Of a stretch of 64,000 nt of DNA, positions 1 to 15,800 are shown piece after piece. Made by a program: the position numbers and the translations under genes. Source of the stretch: Eledone cirrhosa (taxonomy: Eukaryota); the NCBI GenBank assembly GCA_964016885.1, contig OZ024741.1, forward strand, positions 10,974,001 through 11,038,000, in the 5' to 3' direction. Position 1 is the first letter of the stretch. Every line of letters starts with the position of its first letter. The notes beneath the pieces are model-generated. The model saw only the letters and a program-made list of their open reading frames with translations. It was not told where the DNA came from and searched no databases.

Positions 1-619
1 ACACTGTTTACTGTAGATATATTGTACTTTACACTGTCCACTGTAGATATATTGTACTTGACACTCTTTACTGTAGCTATATTGTACTTTACACTGTTTA
101 CAGTGGATATATTTTACTTTACACTGTTTACTGTAGATATATTGTACTTTTCACTGTTTACTGTAGATATATTGTACATTATACTATTTACAGTAGATAC
201 ATTATACTTTACACTGTTTACTGTAGATATATTGTACTTTACACAGTTCACTTTAGATATATTGTTTTTTGCACTGTTTACTGTAGATATATTGTACTTT
301 ACAATATTAACTGTAGATATATTGTACTTTACACTGTTTACTGTAGATATATTGTACTTTACACTGTTTACTGTATATATATTGTACTTCACACTCTTTA
401 CAGTAGATATATTATACTTTACACTATTTAGTGTAGATATATTGTACTTTACACTGTTTACTGTAGATATATTGTACTTTACGCTGTTTACTGTAGATAT
501 ATTGTACTTTACATGTTTACTGTAGATATATTGTGCTTTACACTGTATACTGTAGATATATTGTACTTTACACTGTTTACTGTAGATATATTATACTTTA
601 CACTGTTTACTGTAGATAT

Positions 620-3600
620 ATTGTACTTTACACTGTTTACTGTAGATATATTGTACTTTACACTGTTTACTGCAGATATATTGTAATTTACATTGTTTGC
701 TGTAGATATATTGTACTTTATACTGTTTACTGTAGACATATTGTACTTTATACTGTTTACTGTAGATATATTGTACTTTACACTGTTTACTGTAGATATA
801 TTGTACTTTATGCTGTTTACTGTAGGCATATTGTACTTTACACTTTTTACTGTAGATATATTGTAGTTTAGACTGTTTACTGTAGATATATTGTATATTA
901 TACTGTTTACTGTACACATATTGTACTTTACACTGTTTACTGTAGATATATTGTAGTTTACACTGTTTACTGTAGATATATTTACTTTGTACTGTTTACT
1001 GTAGAAATATTTTACTTTATACTGTTTACTGTAGATATATTGTACTTTACACTATTTACTGTAGATATATTGTACTTTATACTGTTTACTGTAGACATAT
1101 TGTTCTTTACACTGTTTACTGTAGATATATTGTAGTTTACACTGTTTACTGTAGATATATTGTACTTTACACAGTTTACTGTAGATAAATTGTACTTTAT
1201 ACTGTTTACTGTAGATATATTGTACTTTACACTGTTTTCTGTAGATATATTGTACTTTTTACTGTTTACTGTAGACATATTGTACTTTATACTGTTTACT
1301 GTAGATATATTGTACTTTACACTGTAGATATATTGTACGTTACATCGTTCACTGTAGGTATATTGTACCTTACATAGTTCACTGTAGATGTATTGTACTT
1401 TATACTGTCACTGTAGGTATATTGTACTTTACACTGTTTACTGTAGATATATTGTACTTTACACTGTTTACTGTAGATATTTTGTACTTTACACAGTTTA
1501 CTGTAGATATATTGTATGTTATACTGTTTAATGTAGACATATTGTACTTTACACTATTTATTGTAGATATATTGTACTTTATACTGTTTACTGTAGACAT
1601 ATTGTACTTTATACTCTTTATTGTAGGTATATTGTACATTACACTGTAGATATATTGTACGTTACATTGTTCACTGTAGGTATATTGTACGTTACATTGT
1701 TCACTGTAGATGTATTGTACTTTAGAATGCTCACTGTAGGTATATTGTACTTTACACTGTTTACTGTAGATATATTGTGCTTTAAACTGTTTACTGTAGT
1801 TATTTTGTACTTTACACTGTTAACTGTAAATATATTGTACTTTATACTGTTCACCGTAGGTATATTGTACTTTACACTGTTTACTGTAGATATATTCTAC
1901 TTTACACAGTTCACTGTAGATATATTGTACTTTACACTGTTTATAGTAGATACATTGTACTTTACACTATTTAGTGTAGATATATTGTACTTTACACTGT
2001 TTACTGTAGATATATCGTACTTTACACTGTTTACAGTAGTTATATTATACTTTACACTTTTTACTGTAGATATATTGTTTTTTACACTGTTTACTGTAGA
2101 TATATTGTACTTTACGCTGTTTACTGTAGATATATTGTACGTTACACTGGTTACAGTAGATATATTGTACTTTCCACTGTTTACTGTAGATATATTGTAG
2201 TTTACACTGTTTACTGTAAATATATTATACTTTACACTGTTTACTGTAGATATATTGTACTTTTCACTGTTTACTGTAGATATGTTGTACTTTACACTGT
2301 TTACAGTGGATATATTTTACTTTACACTGTTTACTTTAGATATATTGTACTTTACACTGTTTACTGTAGATATATTGTACTTTACACTGTTCACTTTAGA
2401 TATATTGTACTTTACACTGTTTACTGTAACTATATTGTACTTTACACTGTTTACAGTGGATATATTTTACTTTACACTGTTTACTTTAGATATATTGTAC
2501 TATACATTGTTTACTGTAGATATATTGTACTTTACACTGTTCACTTTAGATATATTGTACTTTACACTGTTTACAGTAGATATATTGTACTTTACAATAT
2601 TTACTGTAGATATATTGTACTTTACACTATCTACTGTAGATATATTGTACTTTACAATGTTTACTGTAGATATATTGTACTTTACACTGTTTAGAGTAGA
2701 TATATTGTACTTTATACTGTTTACTGTAGACATATTGTACTTTACACTGTTTACTGTAGATATATTGTAGTTTACACTGTTTACTGTAGATATATTGTAC
2801 TTTGTACTGTTTACTGTAGAAATATTGTACTTTATACTGTTTACTGTAGATATATTGTACTTTACACTCTTTACTGTAGATATATTGTACTTTATACTGT
2901 TTACTGTAGACATATTGTACTTTACACTGTTTACTGTAGATATATTGTAGTTTACACTGTTTACTGTAGATATATTGTACTTTACACTGTTTACTGTAGA
3001 TATATTGTACTTTATACTGCTTACTGTAGATATATTGTACTTTACACTGTTTTCTGTAGATATATTGTACTTGTTACTGTTTACTGTAGACATATTGTAC
3101 TTTATACTGTTTACTGTAGATATATTGTACTTTACACTGTAGATATATTGTACGTTACATTGTTCACTGTAGGTATATTGTTCCTTACATTGTTCACTGT
3201 AGATGTATTGTACTTTATACTGTCACTGTAGGTATATTGTACTTTACACTGTTTACTGTAGATATATTGTACTTTACACTGTTTACTGTAGATATATTGT
3301 ACTTTACACTGTTTACTGTATATATATTGTACTTTACACAGTTTACTGTAGCTATATTGTACTTTACACTGTTTACAGTGGATATATTTTACTTTACACT
3401 GTTTACTGTAGATATATTGTATTTTACACTGTTTACTGTAGATATATTGTACTTTACACCGTTCACTTTAGATATATTGTACTTTACACTGTTTACAGTA
3501 GATATATTGTACTTTACACTGTTTACAGTAGATATATTGTACTTTACAATATTTTCTGTAGATATATTGTACTTTACACTGTTTACTGTAGATATATTGT

Positions 3601-6600
3601 ACTTTACACTGTTTACTGTATATATATTGCACTTCACTCTGTTTACAGTAGATATATTATACTTTACACTGTTTACTGTAGATATATTGTACTTTACACT
3701 ATTTAGTGTAGATATATTGTACTTTACACTGTTTACTGTAGATATATTGTACTTTACACTGTTTACTGTAGATATATTTTACTTTACAATGTTTACTGTA
3801 GATCTATTGTACTTTACACTGTTTACAGTAGATATATTGTACTTTACAATATTTTCTGTAGATATATTGTACTTTACACTGTTTACTGTAGATATATTGT
3901 ACTTTACATTGTTTACTGTATATATATTGCACTTCACACTGTTTACAGTAGATATATTATACTTTACACTGTTTACTGTAGATATATTGTACTTTACACT
4001 GTTCACTGTAGATATATTGTACTTTACACTGTTTATAGTAGTTACATTGTACTTTACACTGTTTACTGTAGATATATTGTACTTTACACTATTTACTGTA
4101 GATATATTCTACTTTACACTGTCCACTGTAGATATATTGTACTTTACACTGTTTACTGTAGATATATTGTACTTTACACTGTTTACTGCAGATATATTGT
4201 AATTTACATTGTTTACTGTAGATACATTGTACTTTATACTGTTTACTGTAGACATATTGTACTTTATACTGTTTACTGTAGATATATTGTACTTTACACT
4301 GTTTACTGTAGATATATTGTACTTTATACTGTTTACTGTAGGCATATTGTACTTTACACTTTTTACTGTAGATATATTGTAGTTTAGACTGTTTACTGTA
4401 GATATATTGTATATTATACTGTTTACTGTACACATATTGTACTTTACACTGTTTACTGTAGATATATTGTAGTTTACACTGTTTACTGTAGATATATTTA
4501 CTTTGTACTGTTTACTGTAGAAATATTGTACTTTATACTGTTTACTGTAGATATATTGTACTTTACACTATTTACTGTAGATATATTGTACTTTATACTG
4601 TTTACTGTAGACATATTGTTCTTTACACTGTTTACTGTAGATATATTGTAGTTTACACTGTTTACTGTAGATATATTGTACTTTACACAGTTTACTGTAG
4701 ATATATTGTACTTTATACTGTTTACTGTAGATATATTGTACTTTACACTGTTTTCTGTAGATATATTGTACTTTTTACTGTTTACTGTAGACATATTGTA
4801 CTTTATACTGTTTACTGTAGATATATTGTACTTTACACTGTAGATATATTGTGCGTTACATCGTTCACTGTAGGTATATTGTACCTTACATTGTTCACTG
4901 TAGATGTATTGTACTTTATACTGTCACTGTAGGTATATTGTACTTTACACTGTTTACTGTAGATATATTGTACTTTACACTGTTTACTGTAGATATTTTG
5001 TACTTTACACAGTTTACTGTAGATATATTGTATGTTATACTGTTTACTGTAGACATATTGTACTTTACACTATTTATTGTAGATATATTGTACTTTATAC
5101 TGTTTACTGTAGACATATTGTACTTTATACTCTTTATTGTAGGTATATTGTACTTTACACTGTAGATATATTGTACGTTACATTGTTCACTGTAGGTATA
5201 TTGTACGTTACATTGTTCACTGTAGATGTATTGTACTTTAGAATGTTCACTGTAGGTATATTGTACTTTACACTGTTTACTGTAGATATATTGTGCTTTA
5301 AACTGTTTACTGTAGATATTTTGTACTTTACACTGTTAACTGTAAATATATTGTACATTATACTGTTCACCGTAGGTATATTGTACTTTACACTGTTTAC
5401 TGTAGATGTATTCTACTTTACACAGTTCACTGTAGATATCTTGTACTTTACACTGTTTATAGTAGATACATTGTACTTTACACTATTTACTGTAGATGTA
5501 TTCTACTTTATACTGTCCACTGTAGATATATTGTACTTTACACTGGTTACAGTAGATATATTGTACTTTCCACTGTTTACTGTAGATATATTGTAGTTTA
5601 CACTGTTTACTGTAGATATATTATACTTTACACTGTTTACTGTAGATATATTGTACTTTTCACTGTTTACTGTAGATATGTTGTACTTTACACTGTTTAC
5701 AGTGGATATATTTTAATTTACACTGTTTACTTTAGATATATTGTACTTTACACTGTTTACTGTAGATATATTGTACTTTACACTGTTCACTTTAGATATA
5801 TTGTACTTTACACTGTTTACTGTAGCTATATTGTACTTTACACTGTTTACAGTGGATATATTTTACTTTACACTGTTTACTTTAGATATATTGTACTTTA
5901 CACTGTTTACTGTAGATATATTGTACTTTACACTGTTCACTTTAGATATATTGTACTTTACACTGTTTACAGTAGATATATTGTACTTTACAATATTTAC
6001 TGTAGATATATTGTACTTTACACTATCTACTGTAGATATATTGTACTTTACAATGTTTACTGTAGATATATTGTACTTTACACTGTTTAGAGTAGATATA
6101 TTGTACTTTATACTGTTTACTGTAGACATATTGTACTTTACACTGTTTACTGTAGATATATTGTAGTTTACACTGTTTACTGTAGATATATTGTACTTTG
6201 TACTGTTTACTGTAGAAATATTGTACTTTATACTGTTTACTGTAGATATATTGTACTTTACACTGTTTACTGTAGATATATTGTACTTTATACTGTTTAC
6301 TGTAGACATATTGTACTTTACACTGTTTACTGTAGATATATTGTAGTTTACACTGTTTACTGTAGATCTATTGTACTTTACACTGTTTACTGTAGATATA
6401 TTGTACTTTATACTGCTTACTGTAGATATATTGTACTTTACACTGTTTTCTGTAGATATATTGTACTTGTTACTGTTTACTGTAGACATATTGTACTTTA
6501 TACTGTTTACTGTAGATATATTGTACTTTACACTGTAGATATATTGTACGTTACATTGTTCACTGCAGGTATATTGTTCCTTACATTGTTCACTGTAGAT

Positions 6601-7400
6601 GTATTGTACTTTATACTGTCACTGTAGGTATATTGTACTTTACACTGTTTACTGTAGATATATTGTACTTTACACTGTTTACTGTATATATATTGTACTT
6701 TACACTGTTTACTGTATATATATTGTACTTTACACAGTTTACTGTAGCTATATTGTACTTTACACTGTTTACAGTGGATATATTTTACTTTACACTGTTT
6801 ACTGTAGATATATTGTATTTTACACTGTTTACTGTAGATATATTGTACTTTACACCGTTCACTTTAGATATATTGTACTTTACACTGTTTACAGTAGATA
6901 TATTGTACTTTACACTGTTTACAGTAGATATATTGTACTTTACAATATTTTCTGTAGATATATTGTACTTTACACTGTTTACTGTAGATATATTGTACTT
7001 TACACTGTTTACTGTATATATATTGCACTTCACACTGTTTACAGTAGATATATTATACTTTACACTGTTTACTGTAGATATATTGTACTTTACACTATTT
7101 AGTGTAGATATATTGAACTTTACACTGTTTACTGTAGATATATTGTACTTTATACTGTTTACTGTAGATATATTTTACTTTACAATATTTACTGTAGATC
7201 TATTGTACTTTACACTGTTTACAGTAGATATATTGTACTTTACAATATTTTCTGTAGATATATTGTACTTTACACTGTTTACTGTAGATATATTGTACTT
7301 TACATTGTTTACTGTATATATATTGCACTTCACACTGTTTACAGTAGATATATTATACTTTACACTGTTTACTGTAGATATATTGTACTTTACACTATTT
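620..7400. repeat. Higher-order duplication with ~3.4-3.5 kb unit (~620-4000 vs ~4140-7400)
   Basis: Same ordered variants at offsets 3516 (TGCAG at 671/4187; ORF ends 1278/4794, 1639/5155) then 3396 (3093/6489, 3203/6599). The offset change equals four whole monomers. Confidence 0.85.
1316..1425. repeat. First copy of a divergent marker cassette (23-bp monomer, GTTACATTGTTCACTGTAGG-type monomers, 29-bp monomer) recurring ~24 times
   Basis: Traced by MYCTLYCHC/MYCTSYCHC read-through starts at 3203, 4904, 6599, 9199, 9971, 12511, 15799, 17889, 21358, 23088, 27337, 29067, 31097, 32767, 35007, 38499, 40229, 42469, 45933, 47064, 49304, 52827, 56230, plus this copy (~1388). Five copies lack the 23-bp monomer. 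Confidence 0.9.
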
Positions 7401-10400
7401 AGTGTAGATATATTGTACTTTACACTGTTTACTGTAGATATATTGTACTTTACACTGTTTACTGTAGATATATTGTACTTTACACTGTTTAGTGTAGATA
7501 TATTGTACTTTACACTGTTTACTGTAGATATATCGTACTTTACACTGTTTACAGTAGTGATATTATACTTTACACTTTTTACTATAGATATATTGTTTTT
7601 TACACTGTTTACTGTAGATATATTGTACTTTACGCTGTTTACTGTAGATATATTGTACTTTACACTGTTTACTGTTGATATATTGAACTTTACACTGTTT
7701 ACCGTAGATATATTGTACTTTATACTGTTTACAGTAGATATATTGTACTTTACACTGTTTACTGTAGATATATTGTTCTTTACACTGTTCACTGTAGATA
7801 TATTGTACTTTACACTGTTTATAGTAGTTACATTGTACTTTACACTGTTTACTGTAGATATATTGTACTTTACACTATTTACTGTAGATATATTCTACTT
7901 TACACTGTCCACTGTAGATATATTGTACTTTACCCTGTTTACAGTAGATATATTGTACTTTACACTGTTTACTCTAGATATATTTTACTTTACACTGTTT
8001 ACAGTAGATATATTGTAGTTTACACTGTTTACTGTAGATATATTATACTTTACACTGTTTACTGTAGATATATTGTACTTTACACTGTTTACCCTAGATC
8101 TATTGTACTTGACACTCTTTACTGTAGCTATATTGTACTTTACACTGTTTACAGTGGATATATTTTACTTTACACTGTTTACTGTAGATATATTGTACTT
8201 TTCACTGTTTACTGTAGATATATTGTACTTTACACTGTTTACTGTAGATATATTGTACTTTACACTGTTTACTGTAGACATATTGTTCTTTACACTGTTT
8301 ACTGTAGATATATTGTACTTTACGCTGTTTACTGTAGATATATTGTACTTTACATGTTTACTGTAGATATATTGTGCTTTACACTGTATACTGTATATAT
8401 ATTGTACTTTACACTGTTTACTGTAGATATATTGTACTTTACACTGTTTACTGTAGATATATTGTACTTTACACTGTTTACTGCAGATATATTGTAATTT
8501 ACATTGTTTACTGTAGATATATTGTACTTTATACTGTTTACTGTAGACATATTGTACTTTATACTCTTTACTGTAGATATATTGTACTTTACACTGTTTA
8601 CTGTAGATATATTGTACTTTATACTGTTTACTGTAGACATATTGTACTTTACACTTTTTACTGTAGATATATTGTAGTTTACACTGTTTACTGTAGATAT
8701 ATTGTATATTATACTGTTTACTGTACACATATTGTACTTTACACTGTTTACTGTAGATATATTGTAGTTTACACTTTTTACTGTAGATATATTTACTTTG
8801 TACTGTTTACTGTAGAAATATTGTACTTTATACTGTTTACTGTAGATATATTGTACTTTACACTGTTTACTGTAGATATATTGTAATTTATACTGTTTAC
8901 TGTAGACATATTGTACTTTACACTGTTTACTGTAGATATATTGTAGTTTACACGGTTTACTGTAGATATATTGTACTTTACACTGTTTACTGTAGATATA
9001 TTGTACTTTATACTGTTTACTGTAGATATATTGTACTTTACACTGTTTTCTGTAGATATGTTGTACTTTTTACTGTTTACTGTAGACATATTGTACTTTA
9101 TACTGTTTACTGTAGATATATTGTACTTTACACTGTAGATATATTGTACGTTACATTGTTCACTGTAGGTATATTGTACCTTACATTGTTCACTGTAGAT
9201 GTATTGTACTTTATACTGTCACTGTAGGTATATTGTACTTTACACTGTTTACTGTAGATATATTGTACTTTACACTGTTTACTGTAGATATATTTTACTT
9301 TACAATGTTTACTGTAGATCTATTGTACTTTACACTGTTTACAGTAGATATATTGTACTTTACAATATTTTCTGTAGATATATTGTACTTTACACTGTTT
9401 ACTGTAGATATATTGTACTTTACACTGTTTACTGTATATATATTGCACTTCACACTGTTTACAGTAGATATATTATACTTTACACTGTTTACTGTAGATA
9501 TATTGTACTTTACACTATTTAGTGTAGATATATTTTACTTTACACTGTTTACTGTAGATATATTGTACTTTGTACTGTTTACTGTAGAAATATTGTACTT
9601 TATACTGTTTACTGTAGATATATTGTACTTTACACTGTTTACTGTAGATATATTGTACTTTATACTGTTTACTGTAGACATATTGTACTTTACACTGTTT
9701 ACTGTAGATATATTGTAGTTTACACTGTTTACTGTAGATATATTGTACTTTACACTGTTTACTGTAGATATATTGTACTTTATACTGCTTACTGTAGATA
9801 TATTGTACTTTACACTGTTTTCTGTAGATATATTGTACTTGTTACTGTTTACTGTAGACATATTGTACTTTATACTGTTTACTGTAGATATATTGTACTT
9901 TACACTGTAGATATATTGTACGTTACATTGTTCACTGTAGGTATATTGTTCCTTACATTGTTCACTGTAGATGTATTGTACTTTATACTGTCACTGTAGG
10001 TATATTATACTTTACACTGTTTACTGTAGATATATTGTACTTTACACTGTTTACTGTAGATATATTGTACTTTACACTGTTTACTGTATATATATTGTAC
10101 TTTACACAGTTTACTGTAGCTATATTGTACTTTACACTGTTTACAGTGGATATATTTTACTTTACACTGTTTACTGTAGATATATTGTATTTTACACTGT
10201 TTACTGTAGATATATTGTACTTTACACCGTTCACTTTAGATATATTGTACTTTACACTGTTTACAGTAGATATATTGTACTTTACACTGTTTACAGTAGA
10301 TATATTGTACTTTACAATATTTTCTGTAGATATATTGTACTTTACACTGTTTACTGTAGATATATTGTACTTTACACTGTTTACTGTATATATATTGCAC

Positions 10401-12850
10401 TTCACACTGTTTACAGTAGATATATTATACTTTACACTGTTTACTGTAGATATATTGTACTTTACACTATTTAGTGTAGATATATTGAACTTTACACTGT
10501 TTACTGTAGATATATTGTACTTTACACTGTTTACTGTAGATATATTTTACTTTACAATGTTTACTGTAGATCTATTGTACTTTACACTGTTTACAGTAGA
10601 TATATTGTACTTTACAATATTTTCTGTAGATATATTGTACTTTACACTGTTTACTGTAGATATATTGTACTTTACATTGTTTACTGTATATATATTGCAC
10701 TTCACACTGTTTACAGTAGATATATTATACTTTACACTGTTTACTGTAGATATATTGTACTTTACACTATTTAGTGTAGATATATTGTACTTTACACTGT
10801 TTACTGTAGATATATTGTACTTTACACTGTTTACTGTAGATATATTGTACTTTACACTGTTTAGTGTAGATATATTGTACGTTACACTGTTTACTGTAGA
10901 TATATCGTACTTTACACTGTTTACAGTTGTGATATTATACTTTACACTTTTTACTATAGATATATTGTTTTTTACACTGTTTACTGTAGATATATTGTAC
11001 TTTACGCTGTTTACTGTAGATATATTGTACTTTACACTGTTTACTGTTGATATATTGAACTTTACACTGTTTACCGTAGATATATTGTACTTTATACTGT
11101 TTACAGTAGATATATTGTACTTTACACTGTTTACTGTAGATATATTGTTCTTTACACTGTTCACTGTAGATATATTGTACTTTACACTGTTTATAGTAGT
11201 TACATTGTACTTTACACTGTTTACTGAAGATATATTGTACTTTACACTATTTACTGTAGATATATTCTACTTTACACTGTCCACTGTAGATATATTGTAC
11301 TTTACCCTGTTTACAGTAGATATATTGTACTTTACACTGTTTACTGTAGATATATTTTACTTTACACTGTTTACAGTAGATATATTGTAGTTTACACTGT
11401 TTACTGTAGATATATTATACTTTACACTGTTTACTGTAGATATATTGTACTTTACACTGTTTACCCTAGATCTATTGTACTTGACACTCTTTACTGTAGC
11501 TATATTGTACTTTACACTGTTTACAGTGGATATATTTTACTTTACACTGTTTACTGTAGATATATTGTACTTTTCACTGTTTACTGTAGATATATTGTAC
11601 TTTACACTGTTTACTGTAGATATATTGTACTTTACACTGTTTACTGTAGACATATTGTTCTTTACACTGTTTACTGTAGATATATTGTACTTTACGCTGT
11701 TTACTGTAGATATATTGTACTTTACATGTTTACTGTAGATATATTGTGCTTTACACTGTATACTGTATATATATTGTACTTTACACTGTTTACTGTAGAT
11801 ATATTGTACTTTACACTGTTTACTGTAGATATATTGTACTTTACACTGTTTACTGCAGATATATTGTAATTTACATTGTTTACTGTAGATATATTGTACT
11901 TTATACTGTTTACTGTAGACATATTGTACTTTATACTCTTTACTGTAGATATATTGTACTTTACACTGTTTACTGTAGATATATTGTACTTTATACTGTT
12001 TACTGTAGACATATTGTACTTTACACTTTTTACTGTAGATATATTGTAGTTTACACTGTTTACTGTAGATATATTGTATATTATACTGTTTACTGTACAC
12101 ATATTGTACTTTACACTGTTTACTGTAGATATATTGTAGTTTACACTTCTTACTGTAGATATATTTACTTTGTACTGTTTACTGTAGAAATATTGTACTT
12201 TATACTGTTTACTGTAGATATATTGTACTTTACACTGTTTACTGTAGATATATTGTAATTTATACTGTTTACTGTAGACATATTGTACTTTACACTGTTT
12301 ACTGTAGATATATTGTAGTTTACACGGTTTACTGTAGATATATTGTACTTTACACTGTTTACTGTAGATATATTGTACTTTATACTGTTTACTGTAGACA
12401 TATTGTACTTTATACTGTTTACTGTAGATATATTGTACTTTACACTGTAGATATATTGTACGTTACATTGTTCACTGTAGGTATATTGTACCTTACATTG
12501 TTCACTGTAGATGTATTGTACTTTATACTGTCACTGTAGGTATATTGTACTTTACACTGTTTACTGTAGATATATTGTACTTTACACTGTTTACTGTAGA
12601 TATATTTTACTTTACAATGTTTACTGTAGATCTATTGTACTTTACACTGTTTACAGTAGATATATTGTACTTTACAATATTTTCTGTAGATATATTGTAC
12701 TTTACACTGTTTACTGTAGATATATTGTACTTTACACTGTTTACTGTATATATATTGCACTTCACACTGTTTACAGTAGATATATTATACTTTACACTGT
12801 TTACTGTAGATATATTGTACTTTACACTATTTAGTGTAGATATATTTTAC
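6170..12850. repeat. Higher-order duplication with 3,372-bp unit (~6170-9540 vs ~9541-12850; second copy lacks 60 bp)
   Basis: Offsets of 3372 (6599/9971, 8073/11445, CACGG variant 8951/12323), then 3312 (9199/12511). Confidence 0.88.
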
Positions 12851-15800
12851 TTTACACTGTTTACTGTACATATATTGTACTTTACACTGTTTACTGTAGA
12901 TATATTGTACTTTACACTGTTTACTGTAGATATATTGTACTTTACACTGTTTACTGTAGATATATCGTACTTTACACTGTTTACAGTAGTTATATTATAC
13001 TTTACACTTTTTACTATAGATATATTGCTTTTTACACTGTTTACTGTAGATATATTGTACTTTACGATGTTTACTGTAGATATATTGTACTTTACACTGT
13101 TTACTGTAGATATATTGAACTTTACACTGTTTACCGTAGATATATTGTACTTTATACTGTTTACAGTAGATATATTGTACTTTACACTGTTTACTGTAGA
13201 TATATTGTTCTTTACACTGTTCACTGTAGATATATTGTACTTTACACTGTTTATAGTAGTTACATTGTACTTTACACTGTTTACTGTAGATATATTGTAC
13301 TTTACACTATTTACTGTAGATATATTCTACTTTACACTGTCCACTGTAGATATATTGTACTTTACCCTGTTTACAGTAGATATATTGTACTTTACACTGT
13401 TTACTGTAGATATATTTTACTTTACACTGTTTACAGTAGATATATTGTAGTTTACACTGTTTACTGTAGATATATTATACTTTACACTGTTTACTGTAGA
13501 TATATTGTACTTTTCACTGTTTACTGTAGATATATTGTACTTTACACTGTTTACAGTAGATATAATGTACTTTACACTGTTTACTGTAGATATATTGTAC
13601 TTTACACTGTTTACCCTAGATCTATTGTACTTGACACTCTTTACTGTAGCTATATTGTACTTTACACTGTTTACAGTGGATATATTTTACTTTACACTGT
13701 TTACTGTAGATATATTGTACTTTTCACTGTTTACTGTAGATATATTGTACTTTACACTGTTTACTGTAGATATATTGTACTTTACACTGTTTACTGTAGA
13801 CATATTGTTCTTTACACTGTTTACTGTAGATATATTGTACTTTACGCTGTTTACTGTAGATATATTGTACTTTACATGTTTACTGTAGATATATTGTGCT
13901 TTACACTGTATACTGTATATATATTGTACTTTACACGCTTTACTGTAGATATATTGTACTTTACACTGTTTACTGTAGATATATTGTACTTTACACTGTT
14001 TACTGTAGATATATTGTACTTTATACTGTTTACTGTAGACATATTGTACTTTACACTTTTTACTGTAGATATATTGTAGTTTACACTGTTTACTGTAGAT
14101 ATATTGTATATTATACTGTTTACTGTACACATATTGTACTTTACACTGTTTACAGTAGATATATTGTAGTTTACACTTTTTACTGTAGATATATTTACTT
14201 TGTACTGTTTACTGTAGAAATATTGTACTTTATACTGTTTACTGTAGATATATTGTACTTTACACTGTTTACTGTAGATATATTGTAATTTATACTGTTT
14301 ACTGTAGACATATTGTACTTTACACTGTTTACTGTTGATATATTGAACTTTACACTGTTTACCGTAGATATATTGTACTTTATACTGTTTACAGTAGATA
14401 TATTGTACTTTACACTGTTTACTGTAGATATATTGTTCTTTACACTGTTCACTGTTGATATATTGTACTTTACACTGTTTATAGTAGTTACATTGTACTT
14501 TACACTGTTTACTGAAGATATATTGTACTTTACACTATTTACTGTAGATATATTCTACTTTACACTGTCCACTGTAGATATATTGTACTTTACCCTGTTT
14601 ACAGTAGATATATTGTACTTTACACTGTTTACTGTAGATATATTTTACTTTACACTGTTTACAGTAGATATATTGTAGTTTACACTGTTTACTGTAGATA
14701 TATTATACTTTACACTGTTTACTGTAGATATATTGTACTTTACACTGTTTACCCTAGATCTATTGTACTTGACACTCTTTACTGTAGCTATATTGTACTT
14801 TACACTGTTTACAGTGGATATATTTTACTTTACACTGTTTACTGTAGATATATTGTACTTTTCACTGTTTACTGTAGATATATTGTACTTTACACTGTTT
14901 ACTGTAGATATATTGTACTTTACACTGTTTACTGTAGACATATTGTTCTTTACACTGTTTACTGTAGATATATTGTACTTTACGCTGTTTACTGTAGATA
15001 TATTGTACTTTACATGTTTACTGTAGATATATTGTGCTTTACACTGTATACTGTATATATATTGTACTTTACACTGTTTACTGTAGATATATTGTACTTT
15101 ACACTGTTTACTGTAGATATATTGTACTTTACACTGTTTACTGCAGATATATTGTAATTTACATTGTTTACTGTAGATATATTGTACTTTATACTGTTTA
15201 CTGTAGACATATTGTACTTTATACTCTTTACTGTAGATATATTGTACTTTACACTGTTTACTGTAGATATATTGTACTTTATACTGTTTACTGTAGACAT
15301 ATTGTACTTTACACTTTTTACTGTAGATATATTGTAGTTTACACTGTTTACTGTAGATATATTGTATATTATACTGTTTACTGTACACATATTGTACTTT
15401 ACACTGTTTACTGTAGATATATTGTAGTTTACACTTCTTACTGTAGATATATTTACTTTGTACTGTTTACTGTAGAAATATTGTACTTTATACTGTTTAC
15501 TGTAGATATATTGTACTTTACACTGTTTACTGTAGATATATTGTAATTTATACTGTTTACTGTAGACATATTGTACTTTACACTGTTTACTGTAGATATA
15601 TTGTAGTTTACACGGTTTACTGTAGATATATTGTACTTTACACTGTTTACTGTAGATATATTGTACTTTATACTGTTTACTGTAGACATATTGTACTTTA
15701 TACTGTTTACTGTAGATATATTGTACTTTACACTGTAGATATATTGTACGTTACATTGTTCACTGTAGGTATATTGTACCTTACATTGTTCACTGTAGAT

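Noticed and set aside
1-30. Similarity of TTACACTGT to miR-141/200/miR-8 family 5' ends
   Set aside because: The seed does not match exactly and no pre-miRNA hairpin is evident; a short chance similarity.
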